Below, one piece after another: positions 50,277 to 59,534 of a stretch of DNA of 64,000 nucleotides. Both the position numbers and the translations under genes were made by a program. This DNA comes from an uncultured Acidobacteriota bacterium. GTDB lineage: Bacteria > Acidobacteriota > Terriglobia > Acidiferrales > UBA7541. Where the stretch lies: the NCBI GenBank assembly GCA_963702375.1, contig CAVPCI010000005.1, forward strand, positions 134,858 to 198,857. The letters run 5' to 3'. The first letter of the stretch is position 1. The number at the start of each line of letters is the position of its first letter. The notes beneath the pieces were generated by a model. The model saw only the letters and a list, made by a program, of their open reading frames with translations, had not been told where the DNA came from and ran no database searches.

Positions 50277-51440
50277 ATGCGCATCTTCGTTCTGGGAGCG
50301 GGTGGCACGGGCTCCCTTCTAGCCGGGCTTCTCGCGCGCCAGGGGCACACCGTCTGGTGCGGAGATCGCGATGTCGATCGAGCCAACCGGTTTCTCGGTA
50401 AGAAATCCAACATCAAGGTGGTCGAGGCCAACGCTCGGAATTTGTGGTCGATCGTGCGGGCGGGACGGGGCGCGAATCTGGTCGTCAACGCTTCGCCCGC
50501 CGTTTACAACAAAATCATTTTGCGCGCTGCTCTCCGATTACGCGCTCATTACCTCGATCTGAATTCCCATCTCGTTCACCATCCCTTCCGGCCCGAACAG
50601 TTCCGCTTCCACAAGCGTTTCGTGGCCAAGAATCGCGCGGCGCTGATTTGCGCGGGCGCGGCTCCCGGCCTCACCAACTTGCTCGCCCAGCGCGGATCGG
50701 AGTTACTCGATTCGGTCGAAGCGATGCAAATTCGCCTGTTCGAAAGCACCGAGAGTAAGGATCCGATTTCCACGTGGTCGGCGGACGTGGCTTACGACGC
50801 GGCGATTTCGCGGCCTCGCGTGTATCGCAATGGCCGCTTTGGTCTGGCGAAACGATTCGACGGGCGTGAGAAATTCCGCTTTCCTCCTCCCATTGGCGAG
50901 ACACCCGTCTATCTCGCCGCGCAGGACGAAGTGTGCATGCTGCCTTACGTGATCCCCATGCGGGAACTGGATGCCAAAATCGGCGGAAATGATTTTGAGC
51001 GCTTGCGCCGTTGGTATCGTCAGGGGCGGCTGAATCGGTCGGCGGGAATCGTGCGCAAGCGATTTCCTGATACTTTGACGCCGCGTCGCGTCGCGAAACT
51101 GATTCGCGAGGGAGTTTTGGAGAATGCCCGGTTTGCGGCCGCTGTGCTGGTGCGAGGCGCAAAAGACGATCAGCCCTTGCTGATTCGCTGGGACGCGAGC
51201 TTTCCCACTCTTTACCAAATTCGCGGGCGCGGGCTGACGTCAACGCCTATTGCCTACGCCACGGCGCATCTCGCGGCGATTTTCGTCAAAAATTTCCCCC
51301 GCACCTTCGCCGGCGTGATCGATCCGGCAACCCTGCCGGCCCATACGCGCCGCGCGATCCTTGCGGAGGCGCGCGCCCGCGATTTCCGCATCACTCTGAA
51401 GATCAGGCGGATGAAGCCTCGCGAAGAAGACGACGCCTGA
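50277..51440 (+). CDS. saccharopine-dehydrogenase-family NAD(P)-binding protein
   Basis: 387 aa with MRIFVLGAGGTGSLLAGLLARQGH. The size and layout are typical of the Sacchrp_dh family. Substrate unknown. Confidence 0.55.
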   Translation: MRIFVLGAGGTGSLLAGLLARQGHTVWCGDRDVDRANRFLGKKSNIKVVEANARNLWSIVRAGRGANLVVNASPAVYNKIILRAALRLRAHYLDLNSHLVHHPFRPEQFRFHKRFVAKNRAALICAGAAPGLTNLLAQRGSELLDSVEAMQIRLFESTESKDPISTWSADVAYDAAISRPRVYRNGRFGLAKRFDGREKFRFPPPIGETPVYLAAQDEVCMLPYVIPMRELDAKIGGNDFERLRRWYRQGRLNRSAGIVRKRFPDTLTPRRVAKLIREGVLENARFAAAVLVRGAKDDQPLLIRWDASFPTLYQIRGRGLTSTPIAYATAHLAAIFVKNFPRTFAGVIDPATLPAHTRRAILAEARARDFRITLKIRRMKPREEDDA

Positions 51441-51455
51441 ACCCGAGGCGCTCGT

Positions 51456-51485
51456 TTGACCGCGCACCGACCCGGCCGCTATAAT
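51456..51485 (+). promoter_or_regulatory. sigma70-like promoter candidate for efp
   Basis: TTGACC, 18-nt spacer, TATAAT, read directly. It lies 55 nt upstream of the efp ATG. Confidence 0.45.
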
Positions 51486-51539
51486 TGCCTTTCTGAATAG
51501 CTTCCGCAGGAAAACTCCAGAGCGAACCCAGGAGCAGTC

Positions 51540-52100
51540 ATGATAAAGGCAACACTGTTGCGCCCGGGAATGATCATCAAGCACGAGGGCGATCTCCACG
51601 TAATCTACAGCGTGGATCACCGGACGCCGGGGAATAAGCGGGCTGCCATGGCCACTAAGATGCGCAATTTGCGTAATGGCTCGATGCTGGATCACCGGTT
51701 CCGCGCCGAGGAATTCCTCGACAAAGTGACAGTGGATGAAATCGAATTCGATTACCTCTACAGCGATGGCGAAGGCCATCACTTTATGAACAGCCAGAAT
51801 TACGAACAGCTTGCGCTACAGAACGACGTGGTCGGTGACAGCAAGGACTACCTCATTCCCAACATGCCCGTGAAGATCGAGTATTACGACGAGAAGCCCA
51901 TCGGCGTCCTCATCCCCGATACAGTTGATCTGGTCGTTGTGGAAACCGAGCCCAGCATTCAGAAGGCCACGGCCAGCTCGGTGATGAAGCCGGCGAAGCT
52001 CGAGACCGGCCTGGTGATCAACGTGCCGCCGTTCGTCGGCACGGGCGACAAAGTAAAAGTCGATACCACCGAAGGCCGCTACATCCAGCGCGTTCAGTAA
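51540..52100 (+). CDS. efp: translation elongation factor P
   Basis: 186 aa, collinear with EF-P (LRPGMIIKHEGDLHVI..., three-domain length). The loop reads TPGNKRAAM. Confidence 0.9.
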   Translation: MIKATLLRPGMIIKHEGDLHVIYSVDHRTPGNKRAAMATKMRNLRNGSMLDHRFRAEEFLDKVTVDEIEFDYLYSDGEGHHFMNSQNYEQLALQNDVVGDSKDYLIPNMPVKIEYYDEKPIGVLIPDTVDLVVVETEPSIQKATASSVMKPAKLETGLVINVPPFVGTGDKVKVDTTEGRYIQRVQ

Positions 52101-52153
52101 CTCAACTTCGTCAATCTTATATACCCTTGAAGAAATTTATCCGGTGAGCGGTG

Positions 52154-53473
52154 CTAGCGTGCGGCGGAGGATTTAGCGCCGAAGACGCGCGTGAAAATTG
52201 CGTCGACGGCTCGCAACTGCCGTTGCAAATCGAAGGTGTGCGCCAGAGCTTTTTCATCTAAATGTTTTCGGATGTTCTCGTCGGAGGCGATGCGATCGCG
52301 GAAGCTGGTTTCTGATTCCCAGGCCACCATCGCGTGCGACTGCACCCATTTGTAGGCGTCCTCGCGCGGCGCGCCATGCTCCACTAAATCCTGCAGCAGT
52401 TGTCCCGAGAAAACCAGGCCCTTGGTCGCGTCGAGATTGCGGAGCATTCTTTCCGGAAAAACTTTCATATTGGCCACGATTTCACTGGTTCGATGCAGCA
52501 TGTAATCCACCAGAATCGTGGAATCGGGCAAGATCACCCGCTCGACGGAACTGTGCGAAATGTCACGCTCGTGCCAGAGTGCGATATTTTCCATCGCGGC
52601 CAGGGAATTCGAGCGGACCACGCGGGCCAGGCCGCAAATTTGCTCGCTGGATACGGGGTTGCGTTTGTGAGGCATCGCGGAGCTGCCACGCTGTTCGCCG
52701 CCAAACGGCTCTTCCACTTCGCGAACTTCGGTTCGCTGGAGATGGCGGATTTCGAGCGCCACGCGCTCGAGCGATGCCGCGACGATTGCGAGTGTAGAAA
52801 GATACTGCGCGTGACGGTCGCGTTCGATCACTTGCGACGTAATCGGCGCCGTGCTCAGTCCCAGCCGCTGGCATATTTTCTGCTCGATCTCCGGGCCGAG
52901 GTGTGTGCAGGTGCCTACGGCGCCTGAAATCTTGCCCACCGCCATTTCGCGCGCCGCAGTTTCAAAGCGAGCCGCATCGCGCCGGTTTTCCGCGTACCAG
53001 TTCGCAATTTTCAGTCCGAAAGTAATCGGCTCGGCGTGTATGCCGTGAGTGCGGCCGATCTCGGGCGTGTCCTTGAATTCCCAAGCGCGCTTTTCGAGGA
53101 TTTCGCCGAAGCGCGCAATGCCTTTTTCGATCAGGTTCGATGCATCGCGAACCAGCAGAGCTTGCGCCGTGTCCACCACGTCGTTGGAAGTGAGTCCGTA
53201 GTGCAGCCAGCGCCCGGCTTCCGGATCGCCGACCGTTTCCTGCACGGCGATGGTGAAGGCGATCACATCGTGCCGGACCTTCGCTTCGATTTCGTTGATG
53301 CGCGCCACGTTGATGCGCGCCCGAGCGCGCAGTTTGGCGGCGGCTTCGCGGGGCACGATTCCAGCGTCGGCGAGCGTTTCCGAGGCGGCCAGCTGGACGT
53401 CGAGCCACCGCTGGAATTTGTTCTCGTCGCTCCAGACGCGGCCCATCTCCGAACGCGTGTAGCGCGCAATCAA
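52154..53473 (-). CDS. purB: adenylosuccinate lyase
   Basis: 439 aa with MIARYTRSEMGRVWSDENKFQRWLDV, GKISGAVGT, GSSAMPHKRNP and LWHERDISHSS. Collinear with Bacillus PurB as I remember it. Confidence 0.9.
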   Translation of the reverse strand: MIARYTRSEMGRVWSDENKFQRWLDVQLAASETLADAGIVPREAAAKLRARARINVARINEIEAKVRHDVIAFTIAVQETVGDPEAGRWLHYGLTSNDVVDTAQALLVRDASNLIEKGIARFGEILEKRAWEFKDTPEIGRTHGIHAEPITFGLKIANWYAENRRDAARFETAAREMAVGKISGAVGTCTHLGPEIEQKICQRLGLSTAPITSQVIERDRHAQYLSTLAIVAASLERVALEIRHLQRTEVREVEEPFGGEQRGSSAMPHKRNPVSSEQICGLARVVRSNSLAAMENIALWHERDISHSSVERVILPDSTILVDYMLHRTSEIVANMKVFPERMLRNLDATKGLVFSGQLLQDLVEHGAPREDAYKWVQSHAMVAWESETSFRDRIASDENIRKHLDEKALAHTFDLQRQLRAVDAIFTRVFGAKSSAAR

Positions 53474-53603
53474 ATCCGGCTCCTTGAATTCAGGTTCCTG
53501 GCAGGTGGACTTCCTGCCTCATGATACCCGAAACGGAGATAACTGAATCGGGCCATTCCAAGGCTGAGAAGCTTTGTGGAACGGAAATCTAGATGCCGGG
53601 AGT

Positions 53604-53681
53604 TTTGGCGATTAGGATTCGGCGGCGTCCTTTGTTTGGAACGAGTTGCGCGATATTCTACTCGCCGGCTTTGGCGATTAG
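53604..53681. repeat. exact 12-nt direct repeat TTTGGCGATTAG (53604-53615 and 53670-53681)
   Basis: Read directly. Both copies lie in the 536-bp non-coding gap upstream of purB and are followed by (G)ATT. Confidence 0.6.
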
Positions 53682-54009
53682 ATTTCCCCGGGTCCGCCTC
53701 GCAGACTCGCGAAGCCTCGGTGTGCAGGCTTGCGCGATTGGTGGCGTCCTGTGTGGCCGTACTGGCTGGAAGGGTCGTGCGCGTCCCTCGCAAGCTCAGT
53801 CGCTCGCCCTTAGTACTTCTCCTTGCCCTCATTCGATCTGCACGCCTTTCAGCTTTCCATTGTGATTGCTACTCCACTTTCAAGGCTGCCATTGTGCGAG
53901 GACGGGCGCAAGGGGTTGTTGGTGTAAAGAATTTAGCCAAGGAATGGTCACCGCCACTTCTGCTGAAGGACGCGCGTCTGAAATGCGAACCGATGCACCC
54001 GGTGCAGTT

Positions 54010-54351
54010 TCAGGCGGAGCAGCGATCCTCGGGGAGCTGCACTCCCCAGAAGTTGCGAGCGGGATGGAGAATTTCGATGCCCAGCTCGAAAGAGCCGGGT
54101 ACCTTCGGACTCTTGACTGAGATCACGCGAAACTCGCGAACCTCCTGAGACCTGGCGTGAAGAAGCTCAATGCGCGAGCCCACTGGAGGCAGGAACGGAA
54201 CTCGAAGCAGCGCTCCATAGCGGCTGATTGAAATAGCTTCGGCGGGAGTGTTATTCGACTGATTCGCTTCGCTGCGCACGACGCTTAATGGAATGGAAAT
54301 ACAAACTCGGGATGAACGGCGACGCTCCAGCATCGCGCGGGCTGTGGCCAT
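54010..54351 (-). CDS. PilZ-like domain protein (variant second motif)
   Basis: 113 aa with RRSSR (RxxxR) and SISRYG in place of D/NxSxxG. Confidence 0.55.
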   Translation of the reverse strand: MATARAMLERRRSSRVCISIPLSVVRSEANQSNNTPAEAISISRYGALLRVPFLPPVGSRIELLHARSQEVREFRVISVKSPKVPGSFELGIEILHPARNFWGVQLPEDRCSA

Positions 54352-54503
54352 GATGAGTTCTCCTCTGTTACCCCGCGACCGCTTGCAGACACTCTACAGA
54401 GATGGACACGCCCGAGTCAATGGACGTCACAAAGTTTCGGCGAGAAAGAGAGCGTAATTACCACCTAAGAGCCAGAGTAGGAGGGAGTACGCGGATTGAA
54501 TGA

Positions 54504-54974
54504 TCAATGGTAGTCGCGCCGTGTCGCGGGGGTAGTTCGCCCGGAAACGCTACCGGGGCACGAAGGCCCGGGAGCGGATAACGAGGGTGGATCAGCGTCT
54601 TCCCCTTCTCCCTTGGTGAAGCTCTCAATGGCGTCGAAAAGGCTCTGCCAATTGGGTTTGCAGATAACCTGGGTGATCCCGAATTTGCCGGCCTCTTGCT
54701 CCAACGCCGGAATGGTGTGAAGCGTATAGAGGAAAATAGGAACGGAGGCGAACACGTTGGCGATCTCCCGAGCCGCTTCGAGGCCATCCATCACCGGCAT
54801 GGACAAGTCCAGGACGACGACGTCTGGCCTCAAGTCGATTGTCTTCGAGACCGCCTGTTGGCCATTCTCGGCCTCGGCACAGATCACCCAGCCGTCATGA
54901 GCTGAGGTCAACAGGCGAGCCAGGCGGGTTCTAAGTTTTGGGTTATCGTCGGCAAGAAGGATTCGGAGTGCCAT
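54504..54974 (-). CDS. stand-alone receiver-domain response regulator
   Basis: I prefer the ATG at 54974 (MALRILLADDNPKL). DVVVLDLSMPVMDG and a conserved Lys region. No output domain. Confidence 0.8.
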   Translation of the reverse strand: MALRILLADDNPKLRTRLARLLTSAHDGWVICAEAENGQQAVSKTIDLRPDVVVLDLSMPVMDGLEAAREIANVFASVPIFLYTLHTIPALEQEAGKFGITQVICKPNWQSLFDAIESFTKGEGEDADPPSLSAPGPSCPGSVSGRTTPATRRDYH

Positions 54975-55199
54975 GTCAGCCTTATCACTGTTTGATACCC
55001 GACCCTCGATGTTTCCGACATACCAGAATTCATGTAAAGACCCCGGCAGAGTCCCCGAGCGTTTCCTTAGCTCGCCCAAGGTGTTCTGGACCTTGAACAT
55101 CAGAATGAGGCATGGCGAGCGGATACGATCTTCAGGGGGAGCAGCGATTTTACTTTGGATCTTTCGCCGTGATAGCCTGTTTGGGCCGCGCAGGACAAT

Positions 55200-55286
55200 G
55201 CCCAAGTGGCGGAATTGGCAGACGCGCTAGCTTCAGGAGCTAGTTCTCGCAAGGGAGTGGAGGTTCGAGTCCTCTCTTGGGCACCA
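55200..55286 (+). tRNA. tRNA-Leu (anticodon CAG), type II with long variable arm, encoded CCA
   Basis: Folded by hand. Acceptor GCCCAAG/CTTGGGC, anticodon stem CTAGC/GCTAG with loop TTCAGGA, long variable arm, T-arm GGAGG-TTCGAGT-CCTCT, and 3' ACCA. Confidence 0.9.
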
Positions 55287-55322
55287 TGAATCCGTTCATT
55301 GCGAAGGGACTGGCGATAGCGA

Positions 55323-55610
55323 TCAGGAATGCGCTCGTTTTGTCCCTGCGCCCTCTTGCCGACCGCCCGGTCTAATCGTGTGCTTGGCTCCGCTGTTGCG
55401 ATCCCAGATGATGTAATCGGTGGGCGAAGCCGACGCCAATTCTTGAACTCGCTTATTGGCATCCTCAAAGGTTGAGGCCGCTCCACGCCAGACCACGCCC
55501 TCGGCTTCCACCTGAAAGACATCAAAGGGGGAACCCACAAATTCAGGAATCCCACTATGGCCGCGCTTCGGTGCTTGCATTTTCGCTCCTTGCATTTTCG
55601 CTCCGCCCAT
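55323..55610 (-). CDS. hypothetical small protein (N-terminus encoded by a 15-bp tandem repeat)
   Basis: 95-aa ORF with no recognisable family. The start is uncertain (several Met within GAKMQGAKMQ). Confidence 0.3.
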   Translation of the reverse strand: MGGAKMQGAKMQAPKRGHSGIPEFVGSPFDVFQVEAEGVVWRGAASTFEDANKRVQELASASPTDYIIWDRNSGAKHTIRPGGRQEGAGTKRAHS

Positions 55611-55619
55611 TTTCGATCC
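55575..55619. repeat. 15-bp tandem repeat TTGCATTTTCGCTCC, two exact copies plus a 12/15 third copy
   Basis: Read directly. On the minus strand it encodes GAKMQ-GAKMQ. Confidence 0.8.
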
Positions 55620-55923
55620 TTCGATTCAGAGTCTGCCGTTTCTTCGGCTGTTTGTTTTCATTTGATTGGACTTCTTCGACCTTCTTCAAAACGACTGCCA
55701 AGGGGACCTGCTCGAAATGTATTCTTGGTCGCGACACTTTCGGTTCACTCCTTTCAACGACCCAAACCTAGCAGAGGAGAATTCATACGGGTCAGATCTT
55801 TAAAAGATCGACGTTTCAATTAGCGAGAGGGGAATCGTCTTTTTAGGGAAACAAACGGATTGAATGCGAATTCCATAGCGTAGCCAGCAACCGGGCGGGA
55901 CTTTACGTTCAGTACTTTTTATC

Positions 55924-55952
55924 TTGACACTCATTTTACGTTTGGATACGAT
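55924..55952 (+). promoter_or_regulatory. sigma70-like promoter candidate for the 94-aa ORF
   Basis: TTGACA, 17-nt spacer, TACGAT. GGGAGGA lies 6 nt before the ATG at 55995. Confidence 0.4.
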
Positions 55953-55994
55953 AGCGACTCGTTAGTTTAACGATCTTCAATCTGGGAGGACGGT

Positions 55995-56279
55995 ATGGCA
56001 AGCACTCGGGCGCGAATCACGCCGGCGCACTTCAAAACAATGGTGCAAGCGGACGTCCCACAGGGCCGGAACGGAAAGCACAAGCTGATCGTTTCCACGA
56101 TCCTCAAGGATCTTGACCAATTGAAGGCCGGTTCGGCGATCAAAGTGCCTCTTGCTGAATTGGCCGCAACGAAAGAGAAAATACGTTCGGCGCTGAATCG
56201 TGCGACGCGAAAACGCGGGATGCATGTTGCGACCGCCACGGATGCCGATTTCTTGTACGTATGGAATGTGAGTGAGTAG
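55995..56279 (+). CDS. hypothetical small protein
   Basis: 94-aa ORF with a good SD and a promoter-like element. No family recognised. Confidence 0.4.
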   Translation: MASTRARITPAHFKTMVQADVPQGRNGKHKLIVSTILKDLDQLKAGSAIKVPLAELAATKEKIRSALNRATRKRGMHVATATDADFLYVWNVSE

Positions 56280-56321
56280 CAGATTGAGCTCCGGTTCGCG
56301 AAACGTCCAGGCCGAGGGCGC

Positions 56322-57035
56322 TCAGCTCATATTGCGCGCGGCGAGCAGAGCTTCGGCGTGGAGCGCGCCTTCGGGCGTGTCTTCGTGTTTGAAGTATACA
56401 AACACGTCGCCTTGGCTGACGGCCTCGTCCATTTGGAGCGACAAGGCTTTGTTTGCGGCGGCTGAATAGTCTTCCTTGCGCAACCGAAAATAGCGGTAAT
56501 CAGCGGTGCCCACGTGGGGAGTCTCAATCTTGTCGCTTTCAGCCTGGCAGAGCGCCACATTCACGCGCCGAAGGCGCTCATAGACATCATCGCAAAACCA
56601 AGAGACGTGACGGAATTCCATCGCGGCGCGCGTGCGGCGCGGCAGTTGAGCGAGAAAGTTTTCCAGCAGCGTGAGATCACATTTGAGGAACGGCGGCAAC
56701 TGAAACAGCACCGGGCCAAGTTTACCGGCCTCGCGCAAGGGATCGAGCGAGGCGAGGAAACTCAATGTCGACTCAGCGGACCCGCGCAGGCGCGTGACGT
56801 GCGTGATGTTCTGGTGGGCTTTGACGGCGAATTTGAAGTCCGGCGGCGTGGCGGAAATCCATCCTTCCAGAAGCTTTTCAGTGACGCGGCGGCGAAACGT
56901 GTAGTTCAGCTCGACTGAATTGAGGCGCGTGGCGTAGTAGCCGAGAAACTTCGCCGACGCCAGCTTGGGCGGATAGAAGCTGGGCTTCCAACTCGCATAG
57001 GCCCAGCCCGAAGTTCCCGCATAGATTTTCCCCAC
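56322..57035 (-). CDS. DUF72 (YecE/UPF0759) family protein
   Basis: 237 aa with IYAGTSGWAYASWKPSFYP...YYATRLNSVELNYTF. Confidence 0.8.
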   Translation of the reverse strand: MGKIYAGTSGWAYASWKPSFYPPKLASAKFLGYYATRLNSVELNYTFRRRVTEKLLEGWISATPPDFKFAVKAHQNITHVTRLRGSAESTLSFLASLDPLREAGKLGPVLFQLPPFLKCDLTLLENFLAQLPRRTRAAMEFRHVSWFCDDVYERLRRVNVALCQAESDKIETPHVGTADYRYFRLRKEDYSAAANKALSLQMDEAVSQGDVFVYFKHEDTPEGALHAEALLAARNMS

Positions 57036-57186
57036 TGTTTTTCTCCATATGGAAGTCTGCTAGAAGCGGCACGGCATGCCCTTCCGCCAAGCCGAGAGTC
57101 TACAACACTCGCTTGCCGCTTTTGCGATAGTATGCGTGCGTCTGCGCGAGCATGCGGTCGCGCGACGATGATCCGGGAGGTGTTTC

Positions 57187-57966
57187 ATGTGGGCTTCATC
57201 CTTCGCGCTCGCTCTTCATGCTGTGACGCCGCAGATCAGTTTTCCGCAGGGCGCGGCGAACGAAGAAATCGCGCTGCGCTGGCTGCACTTTGTTTCGGGA
57301 ATCATCTGGATCGGCCTGCTCTATTTTTTCAATCTGGTGGGAACGCCTACGTTGAAGACGCTGGAAGCGCCGGTGCGTGTGAAGGTTTTTCCGGCACTGA
57401 TGTCGCGAGCGATGTGGTGGTTCCGGTGGTCGGCGCTGGTGACGGTGATCGCCGGGATGCGTTATTTCTGGCTGATTCTGGCGGCGGATGCGCGGAACGC
57501 CGGGAATCCGTGGCTAGCGTGGCAGTGGATGGGATGGTGGTTGCTGGTTTGGTTCGTTGCGTTCGCGCTGATTTATCCGTTTCAGTTGCCACACACCGGA
57601 ATCCTGGATAGCCCGTGGGTACGGATCACCGTGATCGTGGTGATTGCCGTGGCCGCATGCTGGGTGGTGCTGGTATTGAACGCCAGCCCGGAATCGTCGA
57701 ACGCGCATTTATCAATCAGCATCGGCGGCGGAATGGGATTGTTGATGCTGTTGAATGCCTGGGGAATTATCTGGCGAGTGCAGAAAAGATTGATCGCGTG
57801 GACACGCGCAAATGCCGAGCAAGGCACGCCGATGCCTCCCGAAGCGGCGCGGCTGGCGCGCTGGGCGTTTCTGGCTTCGCGGACCGGATTCTGGATGTCT
57901 CTCCCGATGCTTTTCTTCATGGGCGCCGCCGAGCACTACCCGTTCCTGGGCGCCATTGCGAAATAA
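57187..57966 (+). CDS. membrane protein resembling the N-terminal domain of urate hydroxylase PuuD (no cytochrome c part)
   Basis: 259 aa and polytopic, with LRWLHFVSGIIWIGLLYFFNLV. Confidence 0.4.
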   Translation: MWASSFALALHAVTPQISFPQGAANEEIALRWLHFVSGIIWIGLLYFFNLVGTPTLKTLEAPVRVKVFPALMSRAMWWFRWSALVTVIAGMRYFWLILAADARNAGNPWLAWQWMGWWLLVWFVAFALIYPFQLPHTGILDSPWVRITVIVVIAVAACWVVLVLNASPESSNAHLSISIGGGMGLLMLLNAWGIIWRVQKRLIAWTRANAEQGTPMPPEAARLARWAFLASRTGFWMSLPMLFFMGAAEHYPFLGAIAK

Positions 57967-57972
57967 GGAAGC

Positions 57973-59091
57973 TTAGGACCGCCAGCGCAGGGTGACGGGC
58001 TCCGCGAGGGGGTGCCGCAGCGGTTGGCCCGTGCGCTGCGATTCCAGGTGCGCCGCTTTCAGTTCGAAATACCAACGAGCCTGGCGATCGGCGTCGTCCA
58101 CCAGCATCATGCGGTCCTCGTATTGCAAGCCCAGCGACTGCTTCTCAATCACTTCGGTATCCTGGCGGATGAAACGCGGCCCAAGCACGTGAATGATGAA
58201 CGAGACGATGGGGAACCACGGCAGAATGTTCCATGCGGCCACAAAATCGAGACGGCACAAATCGCGGCGCACCGGCGTGACCGTGGTGCGGCTCGAAAGC
58301 CAATAGCGGCCGGCGCGAATTTGTTCGAAGCGCTGATTGGGCAGAACGAAATCGATCATCGTGGTGGCTGGCTCGCCGGTGATGAGCTTTAGGATTTTGT
58401 ACGGCGCGCTGTTGGCGGAAGGCGCGTGCGGGCTCATGCGAAATCCGTTGGGGATCGGCTCGAACTGCTTGGCCTTGTCGCGAATGCTGCGTCGGCTGCG
58501 CCACCACCACGCTTGGTGTACGAACGGCCCGTGCGCGGGATCCATCAGGCCGATGATGCCGTGGTCCACGCTACACGGAAGGTCGGCCCAGAGGTGCGCG
58601 ATTTTGTAGCGCGGACTAAAGGTCGGCAGCTCGGGCACAGGCGGAATCGGCTTAGCGGCATTCGCATCCGTAGCTGCTGGCGCGCGGCCTTCGGGATTCG
58701 TGATGTATGCCCAGATATAGCCGTCGCGCTCCTCGCAGGGAAAACTTCCGGCGAAGATCCGTTCGCACTTCAGCTTCGAATCCGCAGTAAGGGACGGAAT
58801 GTGGCGGCACTGGCCGGTATGCGCGTCAAATTGCCAGCCGTGGTAGGCGCATTCAACAGACGAGCCGTCGAAGCGGCCAAACGAAAGAGGGAACGCGCGG
58901 TGCGGGCAGACGTCGCGCAATGCAAAAGGCTTTCCAGCGGCGTCGCGCCCGATTACCAGCGGAACTTCGAGCAGCATGGCGCGCTGGAGCTTATGCGCGA
59001 GCAATTGGTCGCTGCGCAGCGCGGGGTACCAGAAGCCCCAAAGCATGTCGCCAGCGGGATTGCTCGGATTCGAAGGGGTGGAGTCGCTCAT
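57973..59091 (-). CDS. Rieske [2Fe-2S] non-heme-iron oxygenase (VanA/PaO-like)
   Basis: I prefer the ATG at 59091 (MSDSTPS). Rieske motif CPHRAFPLS...CAYHGWQF. Confidence 0.75.
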   Translation of the reverse strand: MSDSTPSNPSNPAGDMLWGFWYPALRSDQLLAHKLQRAMLLEVPLVIGRDAAGKPFALRDVCPHRAFPLSFGRFDGSSVECAYHGWQFDAHTGQCRHIPSLTADSKLKCERIFAGSFPCEERDGYIWAYITNPEGRAPAATDANAAKPIPPVPELPTFSPRYKIAHLWADLPCSVDHGIIGLMDPAHGPFVHQAWWWRSRRSIRDKAKQFEPIPNGFRMSPHAPSANSAPYKILKLITGEPATTMIDFVLPNQRFEQIRAGRYWLSSRTTVTPVRRDLCRLDFVAAWNILPWFPIVSFIIHVLGPRFIRQDTEVIEKQSLGLQYEDRMMLVDDADRQARWYFELKAAHLESQRTGQPLRHPLAEPVTLRWRS

Positions 59092-59534
59092 CAGCGGCGC
59101 TAATCGTAGTATATCCGCTGCCTTAGCCGCAAAGGCCCGGCAAGCCAAAGCCGGTCGGACTCAGATTAGGCGCACCAAACCTGTCCCACAACACCGAATC
59201 CCGTGTTTCCCTTCGCGGGACGTGAAGGACCCTCCAAATGGCAATTGGCGACTGCCTACTTCCGGTGAGCTGTCGAACTGCTTAACCTCGGCCAGCCGAA
59301 TGGCCTGGAGGCCGCTCTCCAAATTCCTTTCCCAAATTGGGACCGTGCCAAAGGCTCCCCACGCTGAGAACCAATCATCCAAAGCGTCAAACCGCCAAAC
59401 CCTAGGGTTGGCGGTTTGACGTTTTGACGTTTTGGCCAACTGCTCTGTGTAGCATCGCGCCCGGCATTGTGACACGGCAAGCAGCGCTGCCAGGGACGAC
59501 CGCTCAGCCTTTCGCCAAGCGGCATCGGGTTGGG

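Noticed and set aside
53576-54148. 190-aa and overlapping 84-90-aa plus-strand ORFs in the purB-PilZ gap
   Set aside because: They are Arg/Cys/Ser-rich with no motif. They overlap the 3' end of the minus-strand PilZ gene, and several mutually overlapping frames are open. I treat the region as non-coding.
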